Below, in pieces: positions 10,125-20,837 of a stretch of 64,000 nt of DNA; positions within the stretch are counted from its first letter, which is position 1; every line of letters starts with the position of its first letter. Origin of the DNA: Acidobacteriota bacterium (lineage in GTDB: Bacteria > Acidobacteriota > UBA890 > WLXD01); assembly GCA_965205505.1 (NCBI GenBank), contig CBDBHB010000009.1, positions 1,760,001 to 1,824,000 of the forward strand. Reading direction: 5' to 3'. Both the position numbers and the translations under genes were made by a program. The notes under the pieces are model-generated. The model ran no database searches. It was not told the DNA's origin and was given only the letters and a program-made list of their open reading frames with translations.

Positions 10125-11489
10125 ATGTCGAAGGAAGAGTCGTTCGACTTGGTGGTAATCGGTGCAGGCACCGCGGGAAACGGAGTAGCCCGTGCATGCA
10201 GCAACGCGGGCTGGAAGGTGGCCAGCGTGGACTCGCTTCCCTACGGCGGCACGTGCGCCCTTCGCGGGTGTGATCCCAAGAAGATGATGGTGGGCGTCAC
10301 CGAGGCGCTGGATTGGGCGCGTCGAATGACGGGCCGGGGCCTTCGCTCGAGCGAGCTCGATATCGACTGGGCGGAAATGATTGCGTTCAAACGGACGTTT
10401 ACCGATGTCATGCCCGGACGCGTCGAGGGCGGACTCGAGAAGGCCGGCGTGGTGACCATGCACGGGGCCGCAGAATTCGCGTCGAGCAATGTGGTGCGCG
10501 TCGGTGACACGCAGGTTCGAGCGAGGCATTTTCACATTGCGACCGGCGCACGGCCGGCGCCGCTCGATATTTCCGGCGATGACCTCATCACGACGAGTAC
10601 CCAGTTTCTTGAACTAAAGGAGCTTCCGGCGCGTATCGCTTTCGTGGGCGGCGGCTTCATCTCCTTCGAGTTCGCCCACATTGCGAAGCGGGCGGGCGCC
10701 TCCCAGGTCACGATTCTGCACCGCGGGGAACGGGCGCTGAAGGGTTTCGACGCCGACCTTGTAGCCCACCTGGTGGCGCGCACGCGCGAGCTCGGAATGG
10801 AGGTTCGCCTGCAGACATGTGTCGACGCGGTTGCGCGCGCGGGTGATGCGCTCCGGGTCGAGGTGACCTCGCGGACTGGCAGTGACATCGTGGATTGCGA
10901 CGCCGTCGTTCACGTTGCCGGGCGAGTGCCGAACCTCGGCACGCTCAGGCTCGACCTGGCGGAAGTTGAGCACGGACCACGCGGCGTGCGGGTCAGCGAA
11001 TCCATGCGGAGCGTCTCGAATCCGGCTGTCTTTGCGGCGGGAGATTGTGCCGATACACCGGCACCCAACCTGACCCCGGTTTCGGTGTACGAGGCCCGCA
11101 TCGCGGCCAAGAACCTTCTTGCCGGAGCAGACGAACACCGGGTGGAGTATCCGCCGATCCCGAGCGTCGTTTTCACCGTGCCTCCGGTCGGGCGGGTCGG
11201 ATTGCTGGAGGAGGAGGCGCGCGGGCAGGGAATGGAGCTCGATGTGCACTTTCACAAGACCGACCACTGGTATTCGTCGGTGCGCGTGGCCGAGCCTTAC
11301 AGCGCCTACAAGACATTGGTCGACAAGACTACGGGGCGGATTGTAGGCGCCCACGTCATGGGCCCCGGGGCAGAGGAGCAACTGAATCTGTTCGCGTTGG
11401 CGATGAAGGCGGGTCTCACGGCCAACCATATCAAGGCGACCATGTTCGCCTATCCGAGTTACGCGTCCGACCTCGGTTCCATGGCGTAG
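10125..11489 (+). CDS. pyridine nucleotide-disulfide oxidoreductase (glutathione/mercuric reductase family)
   Basis: VVIGAGTAG, GGTCALRGCDPKK redox CxxxxC, AYPS near the C-terminus; no MerA C-terminal CC pair. Confidence 0.88.
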   Translation: MSKEESFDLVVIGAGTAGNGVARACSNAGWKVASVDSLPYGGTCALRGCDPKKMMVGVTEALDWARRMTGRGLRSSELDIDWAEMIAFKRTFTDVMPGRVEGGLEKAGVVTMHGAAEFASSNVVRVGDTQVRARHFHIATGARPAPLDISGDDLITTSTQFLELKELPARIAFVGGGFISFEFAHIAKRAGASQVTILHRGERALKGFDADLVAHLVARTRELGMEVRLQTCVDAVARAGDALRVEVTSRTGSDIVDCDAVVHVAGRVPNLGTLRLDLAEVEHGPRGVRVSESMRSVSNPAVFAAGDCADTPAPNLTPVSVYEARIAAKNLLAGADEHRVEYPPIPSVVFTVPPVGRVGLLEEEARGQGMELDVHFHKTDHWYSSVRVAEPYSAYKTLVDKTTGRIVGAHVMGPGAEEQLNLFALAMKAGLTANHIKATMFAYPSYASDLGSMA

Positions 11490-11513
11490 TACGCGACCGC
11501 ACGGGCCGAGCAG

Positions 11514-14500
11514 CTAGCCTTGGGGCCCGCGTTCGCGCAGCCCACGCTTCTGCCATAGGTAATAGACCGTCGGCACGACGACGAGCGTCAGAAGTACAGA
11601 CGTCAACAAGCCGCCGATCATCGGTGCGGCGATGCGTTTGGTCACGCTCGCACCCGTTCCCATGGTCGGCGCCCACATGATCGGTAGAAGGCCGAGCATG
11701 GTGGTGGCCACCGTCATCACCTTCGGGCGCACGCGCTGCACAGCACCTTCGACGACGACTGACAGTAGCTCGTCGGGACCGCACGGCTGGCCGGTGTTAC
11801 GGAGCAGCGCTTGCCGTCGATTCCACGCTTCGTCCATGTAGACGATCATCAGGACCCCGGTCTCCGCGGCGACCCCGGCGAGAGCGATCATGCCGACCCA
11901 GGCGGCGACGCTCAGGTTGTAACCCAGGGCCGAAAGCAGCCAGAAGCCCCCTACGAGCGAGAAGGGCACCGAGGAGAGGACGATCAACGTTCGCGCCAGC
12001 GACCGGAAGTGGAAGTAGAGCAGAAAGAAAACCAGCGCCAGGGTCAGCGGGATCATCACCGACAAGCGCTCGCGCACGCGCTCCAAGTACTCGTACTGCC
12101 CAGCCCATGTAATGAACGTGCCAGCGGGGATCTCCACGCGTTCCAGAAGATAGGGCCGCGCGCTCTCCACGAACTCGTCGATCGGAACGCCGCGCACGTC
12201 TACCGTGACCACGGCCACGAGGGCTCCGTTCTCGCTCTTTATCATCGGCGGCCCGGTGCGCATCTGGATGCGAGCCAGCTGGCCGATAGGCACCTGCGCA
12301 CCGGTCGGGGTCGGAACCAGGACACGACGCAACGCTGCGATGTCGTTGCGTAGATCGCGGGCGTAGCGGACATTTACTGAGTAGCGTTCGCGGCCTTCGA
12401 CCGTCGTGGTCACCGTCTTGCCGCCGATGGCGCTCTCGACGATCGACTCCACGTCGGCGATGGTCAGGCCGTAGCGGGCGATCACCTCTCGATCGATGTC
12501 GAAGTCGAGGAAGTATCCGCCGGTGACACGGTCGGCGAACGCAGAGGCCACTCCCGGGTAGCTGCCGAGCGTCTCCTCGATGGCGATGGCGGTGCGCTCG
12601 ATCTCCTGCAGGTCATCGCCGAAAACCTTCACTGCGAGATTGGAACGAATCCCGGTAGTCAGCATCTCGATGCGCGTCTGAATGGGCATCCACCAGATGT
12701 TGGGCATTCCCGGGAAGCGCAGGAGTGGATCAAGCTCGTCTTGGATCAATCGATCCCAGGTCATACTCGGTCGCCATTGTTCACGTGGCTTGAGCGTGAC
12801 GACGGTCTCGTTCATCGACAGTGGCGCCGGATCGGTGGCCGTTTCGGCGCGCCCCATCTTGCCAAACGCGTGCTCCACCTCGGGAACCTGCACCAGGATC
12901 CGGTCCATGGTCTGGACGACCTGGCGAGCCTCGGCGATCGACATGCCCGGGACCGCCGTCGGCATGTACAAGATGGTCCCCTCGTTCAAGGGCGGCATGA
13001 ACTCGGTGCCAAGCGACCGGTATACCGGAACGGTGGCGAGCACCATGAGCAGTGCCAACACCACGATGCTCTTGCGCCAGCGCAACGCTGCGACGACCAC
13101 GGGCTCGTAGATGGCGATGAGAAACCGGCTGATCGGATGATGGCTTTCCGAGCGCACACGTCCACGTAGCAACGAGACCATCAGGACAGGAGCGAGAGTC
13201 ACCGATAGCACAGCTGCGAAGAACATCGAGAACGTCTTGGTGTAGGCGAGGGGGCGAAACAGTCGGCCTTCCTGCGCCTCCAGTGCAAACACCGGGAGGA
13301 ACGAGACGGTGATTACGAGCAACGAGAAGAACAATGAGGGCCCGACCTCCTTGCACGCCGCGACGATCGTCTCGGTGCGCGATGGCCGGCTCTCAGCGGG
13401 CAGCTTCTCGGCACGCTCCACGTGCTTGTGACCGTTCTCGATCATGACGATCGCCGCATCCACCATGGCGCCCAGCGCCACGGCGATGCCACCCAGCGAC
13501 ATGATGTTGGCTGTCAGGCCCAGGTAGTACATGGGCACGAAGGCAATGAGCGAGGCGACCGGCAGTATGAGGATGGGAACGAGGGCGCTACGCACGTGCC
13601 ACAGGAACAACAGCACAACGGCGGCGACGATCAGCCCCTCTTCGAGGAGTGTGCTGCGCAGCAGCTCGACCGCCCGGTTGATCAGGTCGGAGCGATCGTA
13701 GGTCACCACCAGCTCGACGCCTTCTGGGAAGCCGGGCCTGACCTCATCGATGCGCTGCTTGACGGCCTCGATGACCTCGCTGGCGTTAGCGCCGTAGCGA
13801 GCAATGACGATCCCACCGACGACCTCCCCGCGACCGTCGAGCTCGGCGAGGCCGCGCCTGAGGTCACCTCCGAGGTGCACAGTCGCGATGTCTGACAGCC
13901 GTACGGGGGTTCCGTCGGCGTCGATGGCGACGGCGATCGCTTCGAGATCCTCAACCCGCCTTATGTAGCCACGCGCACGAACGAAGTACTCGAAGCCGGA
14001 GAACTCGATCACATTCCCGCCGACATCGTTGTTGCTCTCGCGGATCTTCCGGATGACGTCCCCGAGCGGGATTCCGTAGCCCAGCAGCTTGTTGGGATCG
14101 ATGTCCACCTGATACTGACGGACGAACCCGCCGACGGCCGCTACCTCCGCCACCCCGGGAACGCTCTCCAGCCAGTAACGCAGGTACCAGTCCTGGAACG
14201 ACCGCAGATCGGCAAGGTCGTTTCTTCCCGTCTCGTCCACCAGCGCGTACTCGAACACCCAACCGATGGCGGTCGCATCGGGTCCGAGTTGGGGAGTCAC
14301 CCCGTCAGGGAGCCGCCCGGTGACCGCGTTCATGTACTCAAGAACCCGTGAGCGAGCCCAGTACATGTCGGTACCGTCCTCGAAGATCGCGTAGACGAAG
14401 GAGTCACCGAACATCGATTGACCGCGCACGGTTCGGACCCGCGGTGCTGACAGCAGCGAGTTGACAACCGGATAGGTGATTTGGTCCTCGACGAGGTCCG

Positions 14501-14672
14501 GGCTGCGCCCCGGCCAGGACGTGTGAACGATCACCTGGACATCCGAGACGTCGGGGATGGCGTCGAGGGGTGTCTCACGGAGGGCCCACACTCCCCAGCC
14601 GCAAGCGAAGCCGACCAGGAGCATCGTCAGCAGGCGGTTGCGGACGCTAGCCTCGATGACGCGCTCGATCAT
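11514..14672 (-). CDS. cusA: CusA/CzcA heavy-metal RND efflux pump
   Basis: DAIPDVSDVQV, EDQITYP, GPDAT, IMSLGGIA, RVRPKVMT; true start MIERVIE at 14672. Confidence 0.93.
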   Translation of the reverse strand: MIERVIEASVRNRLLTMLLVGFACGWGVWALRETPLDAIPDVSDVQVIVHTSWPGRSPDLVEDQITYPVVNSLLSAPRVRTVRGQSMFGDSFVYAIFEDGTDMYWARSRVLEYMNAVTGRLPDGVTPQLGPDATAIGWVFEYALVDETGRNDLADLRSFQDWYLRYWLESVPGVAEVAAVGGFVRQYQVDIDPNKLLGYGIPLGDVIRKIRESNNDVGGNVIEFSGFEYFVRARGYIRRVEDLEAIAVAIDADGTPVRLSDIATVHLGGDLRRGLAELDGRGEVVGGIVIARYGANASEVIEAVKQRIDEVRPGFPEGVELVVTYDRSDLINRAVELLRSTLLEEGLIVAAVVLLFLWHVRSALVPILILPVASLIAFVPMYYLGLTANIMSLGGIAVALGAMVDAAIVMIENGHKHVERAEKLPAESRPSRTETIVAACKEVGPSLFFSLLVITVSFLPVFALEAQEGRLFRPLAYTKTFSMFFAAVLSVTLAPVLMVSLLRGRVRSESHHPISRFLIAIYEPVVVAALRWRKSIVVLALLMVLATVPVYRSLGTEFMPPLNEGTILYMPTAVPGMSIAEARQVVQTMDRILVQVPEVEHAFGKMGRAETATDPAPLSMNETVVTLKPREQWRPSMTWDRLIQDELDPLLRFPGMPNIWWMPIQTRIEMLTTGIRSNLAVKVFGDDLQEIERTAIAIEETLGSYPGVASAFADRVTGGYFLDFDIDREVIARYGLTIADVESIVESAIGGKTVTTTVEGRERYSVNVRYARDLRNDIAALRRVLVPTPTGAQVPIGQLARIQMRTGPPMIKSENGALVAVVTVDVRGVPIDEFVESARPYLLERVEIPAGTFITWAGQYEYLERVRERLSVMIPLTLALVFFLLYFHFRSLARTLIVLSSVPFSLVGGFWLLSALGYNLSVAAWVGMIALAGVAAETGVLMIVYMDEAWNRRQALLRNTGQPCGPDELLSVVVEGAVQRVRPKVMTVATTMLGLLPIMWAPTMGTGASVTKRIAAPMIGGLLTSVLLTLVVVPTVYYLWQKRGLRERGPQG

Positions 14673-16105
14673 TGCGCACCCTCGGCCTGTGCGATTGGAA
14701 GCGGCACGACGCCGCGGATCTTGCTCTCCGCGTCGACGAGGAAGTTGCCGGAAGTCACGACAGACTCGTTCTCGATGATACCGTCGCGAACGGGGACCAT
14801 CCCGCCGAGCGCCGGACCTGTCGCGATCTCGCGCGCTTGCAGCCGGCCGGCACCGAGGTCTACGAAGACCACTTGCCGCGTGCCGAGATCGATGACCGCC
14901 TCGCGCGGGATCGCGAGAACGGGCGCCGTACTCGCGTCCAGGACGACGTCCCCGTACATGCCGGGTCGCAGGGCCATATCCGGGTTGTCGAACGCCAGCC
15001 GCACCTGCACCGTGCGGGTCGCCCGGTCCAACGTCGGGTACACGTACTCGACGCGACCGCGCCAGACTCGATCGGCTCCATACGCGAGGTTCAGGGAGGC
15101 CCGCATGCCCTCGCGAACGAACGACACCTCGCTCTCGTAGACATCCGCCATTACCCAAACTCGGCTCAGGTCGGCGATTCGATATAGGCGCATGGAGGCG
15201 TCCACCCGCATGCCCTCGACCGCGTGCTTCTCGATCACGTAACCGCCGGCCGGGGACAGGATCGCCATCGAGTCGACAACCTTGCCGCCAGTGTCGAGTT
15301 GGTGGACCTGCTCGGGTGTGAGGCCGGCCAAGAGCAGCCTTCGGCTTGTCGTCTGCACAAGCGACTCAGCGCGCTGGACGAGCTCGTCCACCGGACTCGC
15401 TTTCACCCTCCGGGCGTTTTCCCGAGCCAGCAGGTACTCGCGCTGGGTGCTCACCAGGTCGGGGCTGTAAAGCTCCAGCAGCGGGTCACCCTGGCGGACT
15501 AGTTGTCCCGTCTCAGCTACATGGAGCTTCTCGATCCAGCCCGGCACCCGCAGGTTGACGTCGACGATACGATTCTCGTCGTATGTCACGTGACCGACCG
15601 TACGAAGCGAATGCCGCAGCGAGTGACGTTGCACCGGCGTCGTGGTCACGCCGATCGCCTGCTGCCAGGAGGTGTCGATCCTGAAGGTCGCCCGGCTAGC
15701 GGGCGTGTCACCCGCAGTGGCCGCCGGCGGGCGCATCCCCGGCATCGCGTCCATTCGCATGCCGGGTCGGTCGCCACTCCCGGCGGCCTCCGGCTCCATG
15801 CCCGGTTTATAGACCGGAACGAGATCCATGCTGCAGATCGGGCAGGTTCCGGGCTCCAGGTGACGGACGGACGGATGCATCGAGCATGTCCAGTAGTCGA
15901 TCAAGTCGTCGTGCTCGTGCTCAACGAGACGCCCGGCGCCGAGCCTGTCCGCTAGCCAGGCCTCGATGCCGGGTCCCAACACCGGCACATGAGCAACCAG
16001 GCGAATCGCTGCTGCGGGGTAGCGAGCTGCGGCTCCCGCAGCGAGTCCAACGACGATGGTGACGGCGGCGATCGCGATCCACCGCCGCCTTCCATGGCGA
16101 CTCAT
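14669..16105 (-). CDS. cusB: CusB-like RND periplasmic adaptor with a heavy-metal-binding domain
   Basis: WTCSMHP..CPICSMDL, Met-rich linker, GWIEKL, YSPDL, LRPGMY, NFLVDAES. Confidence 0.9.
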   Translation of the reverse strand: MSRHGRRRWIAIAAVTIVVGLAAGAAARYPAAAIRLVAHVPVLGPGIEAWLADRLGAGRLVEHEHDDLIDYWTCSMHPSVRHLEPGTCPICSMDLVPVYKPGMEPEAAGSGDRPGMRMDAMPGMRPPAATAGDTPASRATFRIDTSWQQAIGVTTTPVQRHSLRHSLRTVGHVTYDENRIVDVNLRVPGWIEKLHVAETGQLVRQGDPLLELYSPDLVSTQREYLLARENARRVKASPVDELVQRAESLVQTTSRRLLLAGLTPEQVHQLDTGGKVVDSMAILSPAGGYVIEKHAVEGMRVDASMRLYRIADLSRVWVMADVYESEVSFVREGMRASLNLAYGADRVWRGRVEYVYPTLDRATRTVQVRLAFDNPDMALRPGMYGDVVLDASTAPVLAIPREAVIDLGTRQVVFVDLGAGRLQAREIATGPALGGMVPVRDGIIENESVVTSGNFLVDAESKIRGVVPLPIAQAEGAQ

Positions 16106-17414
16106 CGAAGCACCTCCTCATCCGGCAGCCGGACAACTCCGAGTGCCTCGGCCAGGTCGGCGATGCCGATGCCAAGATCGGCCTCTGCACGAGCCAAGCC
16201 GAGTCGGTTCAACAGAAGATCGCGCTCGGCATCGATGACGCTCACGAAAGGAGCTTGGTCGGTTTCATAGGCACTCTGCGCGGCCGTCAAGGTGGGGGCA
16301 ATAGCGTCGTGCGGTAGAGCTCGCCTATGCGCTCACTGGCGGTCACTCTGTGCCACGCCGCTGCGATGTCCCGGCGCACTTCGTCGAAGCGCGCTTGACG
16401 TTCGGCGATCGCTGCCAGCTTCTGCGCGCGCGCTTGCGATACGGCCGCCGAGTAGCTGCGTTTGTTCACCCAAGGGAGCGTGACCGTCGCCAGGAGCGCG
16501 TAACGCTCGAAGCGGCCACCCATGCCGTCGTCGGCCGTCCACCACTCCGCCATGACCGTGAAGTCGGGCTTCGCCTCGTGTCGCTCGGACTCGACACGCG
16601 CCTGCTCGCGGCCAATCGCGGCGTCGGCGGCCGCCAGCGTGGGGTTACCTGCCGCCGACGCGAGCAAGTCGTCCAGCACGAGTCCGGCGCTGACCTCCTC
16701 TAGGTCGTGATCCGGGCGCCCAATCGGCGCGTTGGGCGGCCGATGCAACAGCGCATTGAGAACGGCGCGCGAGCTCTGCAGCTGCGCGTCGACGTTGGCG
16801 AGCTGGGCAAATAGTCCCGTCAGCTCCTGCAACACACGAAGAACGTTCGCCTGCGGTACTAATCCGGTGGCGTAGCGCTCCTCGGCGACCGACGACAATT
16901 CCCGCACCAGCGTCAGATGCTCGTGGTGAATCTCGCGTCCACGCTCGGCGAAATACAACGCGTGGTACGCACGACGTGCGGCTGCTGCGATACGGACGCC
17001 GGCCTCCTCGACCAGATGCTCTCGGCGTTCCGTTTCTCTCTCCGCAACCGCCACGCGGCGGTCAAGCGTGCCGGGGTAGGGTAGGTCCTGGGCGAGCTGA
17101 ATACGCAGCTGCCCCCCCAGTGCATCCAGCGAGGGAAACGGAACAGCGTAGAAACCCGTTCGCAGCCTCGGGTCCGGAAGTGCATCCACGTGGGTGGCTG
17201 CTTGCGCCGCCGCGATCAGACGTTGCCGTGTAGCTTCCAGGGTTGGATTGGCATCGATCGCCGCGGCGATGACCGTATCGAGATCAATCGGTGAGCGGGA
17301 CAGCGGATCGATGATCGCTTCGTTGGTTTCTCGAAGAAGATTGGATTGGGCGTTGGCGCTTGCTGGCAGCAGCGTAAGTAGCGCCAGACACGTGGCCAGA
17401 GTTGCGGTTCTCAT
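16102..17414 (-). CDS. TolC/CusC outer-membrane channel with a frameshift or short deletion near 16290
   Basis: signal peptide, LPDP, QDLPYPG, LYRTTLLP, then AAQSAYE..VIDAER in another frame. Confidence 0.8.
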
Positions 17415-17554
17415 GTGGATCCGGGGTTTTGAAGCGGCGGGAGTGTAGAGGCCGACACGCTGAATCGCCTGTCGGCGGGCCCGATGAGGGAGCCCTACCT
17501 GAGGCGATCTCTAGTAGCTGCGTCGGCGTTGAGTCGCCGGGTCAGATGTTCGGA

Positions 17555-17929
17555 TCAGAGCCTGAGAACCGTGAGGCGATCCGGAAGTAGCACCAGAGAG
17601 AGCCCGGGAGGTTCCCACTCCCACAGCTCTGGCGCTGCTTGTGTGCCGACTAGCGCCCGGGTGGGCAGCGACAACGTGTGGGGTGGCATCGGGGTGCCTA
17701 CCGGCCCCGGGAACACGCCGCTTTTTCCCGCCGACACGTCGCCAACTCTGGTGGTTGGTGGCCCGAAATCGCAGCATGACGCCCATAGCCCGGGGCATCG
17801 CGCGGGCGCCCCGCGATCGGAGGACTCGATCGTCTCGCAGTTATCCAACAGCGATGAAATCAGCGGCGTGGCGCTGATCGCCAGGAGCGCGACAACGAAA
17901 CAGGCGCGCAGAGTTCGGGTAGGTCGCAT
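17555..17929 (-). CDS. Cys-containing, Pro-rich small protein ahead of the efflux operon
   Basis: hydrophobic N-terminus, C..C..CC cluster, Pro-rich tail ending LTVLRL; same strand, 140 bp before tolC. Confidence 0.5.
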   Translation of the reverse strand: MRPTRTLRACFVVALLAISATPLISSLLDNCETIESSDRGAPARCPGLWASCCDFGPPTTRVGDVSAGKSGVFPGPVGTPMPPHTLSLPTRALVGTQAAPELWEWEPPGLSLVLLPDRLTVLRL

Positions 17930-18245
17930 CGGTTGGTGGCCGTCCCCTTGAGACAGGCGTCTGAGGCTTCTTCTTGAGCATACACGCGGGGCTCGGAACG
18001 GGCACCGCCTCGGCAACCTTCGCCCGGAGCCGAGCGTTGCGTCTTCAACTCGAGAGTGCCGTTCGACTAGCGGCCTGCTAGGGGATCGAGCTAGGGAGCG
18101 GGGTCTTGCTCGATGATCGGCTACGCTTACGCCCGCGATGAAGACGCCGTAGACTGGAAGCGACATCCAGGACCAGCACACGACTGGCAAAACGAGCCGC
18201 GCCCGGAACCTCGCCCGGATATCTTCTGACATGGACAACGCCTGA

Positions 18246-19517
18246 TTGCTCCCAACTGCGGCGGTCGTGCGCCAGGCCTCGGTCGTTCTGTCCGTCCTCG
18301 GATGTCTAGGCGCGGCGGCCTGCCAACAGCCGGCCCTGCTTCGGGTCGCCCTCTATCCATACGTGCCCGATGGCCGAGGGTTGTTTCAGGAGCTCGAAGC
18401 TGCCTTTGAGGCCTCTCACCCGGGCGTGAATCTGGAGTTGGTGGAGACCTTCCGTGAGCCGATTTCGGGAGAGCTCACGCCCCTGTCACGGTCGTACTAC
18501 AGCGGTGGACTACTGTCCGCTGAGGCCGACGTCTACGAGATCGATACCGTGCTCCTCGACGACATGGTTCATGCGGGGAAACTGACGGCGCTCGGCTCCG
18601 TCACAGATCGCTTCGTCGAGGGTGCCCTCGCGGCGAGTAGCGTGGATGGCTCGATCTGGGCGATCCCACACTGGGTGTGTGGCAACTTCCTCTACTACGC
18701 AGCTGACGATCACGAGATCAGAGAGGCGGCAACCTGGGACGCGCTCCTTGAGGTCCTGGACCACGGAGCAGGGGGGCTGCTCATAGATCTCAGCGCGTCT
18801 ACTTTGGGCGAGTGGTACATCACGGCGCTCGCTGCCGGTGGAGCCGGGCGGCAGGAGATCCTTCGCGATCTCGCCGCCCCGGCGCTCGACGAGGAGGTAG
18901 TGTCGCTTCTTGCTGAAACCCTGGATTCGTGCCCGGCTGGCTCTTGTCGAAGCGACACGTATCACGACCGCGTCGGGTACTACGCGCGGCGGTTCGCCCG
19001 AGGACAAGCTCGAGCCTATGTGGGCTATTCCGAGATGGTTCATTTCGCGCTGAGCGAGATCGCCAACGATTGCGGACTCGACGACGCCTGCTTGAGCGCG
19101 GAGTCGATCGCGGTTCGCGCACTCCCCCGTGCTCAGGGCGGAACCGCGGCAGTGGGGTGGGTGGACGGGCTCGCCGTGGCCGCCGATCTGCCGCGTGAGC
19201 GTGAGCGGCTGGCGCGGGAGTTCATCTCCTTTCTGACCTCGTGGGACGGCTACCACCTCGTCCTGGATGCGGAGTGGCCAGACGCTCCCCGCTACTTGAT
19301 GCCGGCGGTGCGTTTCTCGAGTGATGAGCTTGCTGCACTAGGCCCGTTGTATCCTGCCTTCTTCGGCGCCTATCAGGACCGATTGTTCCTAACCGGCGAC
19401 GGGATAGACGAAGTGCTTCGAGCGAAGGCTCAGCTGCTCGATTGTGCTCTTCCATCAGGCCGACTCTGCGACGACCTTGCGCAGGACGTCGACCTGCCGG
19501 GCGATCTCCGACGATGA
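18246..19517 (+). CDS. thiaminase I (thiamine pyridinylase)-like lipoprotein
   Basis: lipobox AAAC, LRVALYPYVPD, PHWVCGNFLYY (catalytic Cys), AYVGYSE (catalytic Glu). Confidence 0.72.
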   Translation: MLPTAAVVRQASVVLSVLGCLGAAACQQPALLRVALYPYVPDGRGLFQELEAAFEASHPGVNLELVETFREPISGELTPLSRSYYSGGLLSAEADVYEIDTVLLDDMVHAGKLTALGSVTDRFVEGALAASSVDGSIWAIPHWVCGNFLYYAADDHEIREAATWDALLEVLDHGAGGLLIDLSASTLGEWYITALAAGGAGRQEILRDLAAPALDEEVVSLLAETLDSCPAGSCRSDTYHDRVGYYARRFARGQARAYVGYSEMVHFALSEIANDCGLDDACLSAESIAVRALPRAQGGTAAVGWVDGLAVAADLPRERERLAREFISFLTSWDGYHLVLDAEWPDAPRYLMPAVRFSSDELAALGPLYPAFFGAYQDRLFLTGDGIDEVLRAKAQLLDCALPSGRLCDDLAQDVDLPGDLRR

Positions 19518-20837
19518 AGAGCCGCCGTGTGATCGGCGGCGTTCCGCCGCATCGCGCGGCGAGCCGACGCCAGACACCACCTCCCCGAGCCCGGGATGGA
19601 GAGCCTCGAGTTCGTCGCCGGACAAGCCGTCCAGCGTGCAGCCTCGGTCCTCGCAACGGCGGACCAACCGAGCGGTGATTCCGTGCGCGGTGCGGAACGG
19701 CAGGCCGCGGCGGGCGAGCTCGTCGGCCACCTCGGTTGCCAGACTGAAGTCGCCAACCAGATCGGCCTCGAAGCGCTCGCAGTCGATCGACAGAGTTCGC
19801 CACACCTCCGTCATCACGAGTACACAGTCGAGCGTTGTCTTGACGGCCGCGAACAGCGCCTCTCGATCTTGCTGCAAGTCGCGGTTGTAGGCGAAGGGCT
19901 GAGAACGAGGCAGGGCCAGCAGGGTAGTGCAGTTGCCGAGCACGGATGCTGACTTGCCGCGAACGAGCTCCGCGGCGTCGGGGTTGCGCTTTTGCGGCAT
20001 GATGCTCGATCCGGTGGAATAGGCATCGCTGAGACGAACGAACGCGAACTCGGCCGAGCTCCAGAGGACGAGTTCCGCGGCCATGCGCGAGAGGTTGCAG
20101 CACAGGATCGAACACGCTCCGGCGACCTCCTGAACGTGGTCCCGTGCGGCTACCGAATCCATGGCGTTTTCGGTTGGGGCACGAAAATCGAGGAGCTCGG
20201 CGGTGCGATGCCGATCGATAGGGAACGAAGTGCCCGCCATCGCACACGCCCCCAGAGGACACTCGTCGAATCGATGCGATGCATCGCGTACTCTGCCGAG
20301 GTCGCGTGACAACGGCCATGCATACGCCAGCAGATGGTGGCCGAAGAGGATCGGTTGCCCTCGTTGTAGGTGGGTGTATCCGGGCAAAACCGTGGAGCCG
20401 TCGCTTTCGACCCGGTCCAGGAGCACACGCAGCAGTTCGATCAGCGCACCATCGAGCAGTCGCAGACGCGTCTTGAGCCACAGGCGCAGGTCGGTGGCCA
20501 CCTGGTCGTTGCGCGATCGAGCCGTATGCAGTTTGCCTGCGACGTCACCAAGGAGCTCGGACAGGCGCGCCTCGACTGCCATGTGCACGTCCTCGAACTG
20601 CTCGCCTGGCACCCAGGCCCCCGACGCAAGGTCTTCGCGCAATCGTGCCAGCCCGTCGCACAGCGCCGTAGATTCCTGTTCCGAGATGATGCCGGTTTCG
20701 CCGAGCATTTGCGCGTGAGCGAGCGATCCCTGTATGTCCTCGTCGAGCATCTGCAGATCGATCTGCAGCGACGACGCAAAGCGCTGCATGAGCTCGTCGA
20801 CCCCCGCGTCGAAGCGGCCACGGAGTAGTGACATCAT
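19455..20837 (-). CDS. argH: argininosuccinate lyase
   Basis: [27 protein letters not shown]. Confidence 0.96.
   Translation of the reverse strand: MMSLLRGRFDAGVDELMQRFASSLQIDLQMLDEDIQGSLAHAQMLGETGIISEQESTALCDGLARLREDLASGAWVPGEQFEDVHMAVEARLSELLGDVAGKLHTARSRNDQVATDLRLWLKTRLRLLDGALIELLRVLLDRVESDGSTVLPGYTHLQRGQPILFGHHLLAYAWPLSRDLGRVRDASHRFDECPLGACAMAGTSFPIDRHRTAELLDFRAPTENAMDSVAARDHVQEVAGACSILCCNLSRMAAELVLWSSAEFAFVRLSDAYSTGSSIMPQKRNPDAAELVRGKSASVLGNCTTLLALPRSQPFAYNRDLQQDREALFAAVKTTLDCVLVMTEVWRTLSIDCERFEADLVGDFSLATEVADELARRGLPFRTAHGITARLVRRCEDRGCTLDGLSGDELEALHPGLGEVVSGVGSPRDAAERRRSHGGSSSSEIARQVDVLRKVVAESA

Noticed and set aside
10125-11489. Calling the reductase merA
   Set aside because: No C-terminal CC pair, no NmerA domain, and no merR/merT nearby.
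16287-16289. TGA in tolC as a Sec codon
   Set aside because: The continuation is in another frame and there is no Cys-motif context; this is a frameshift.
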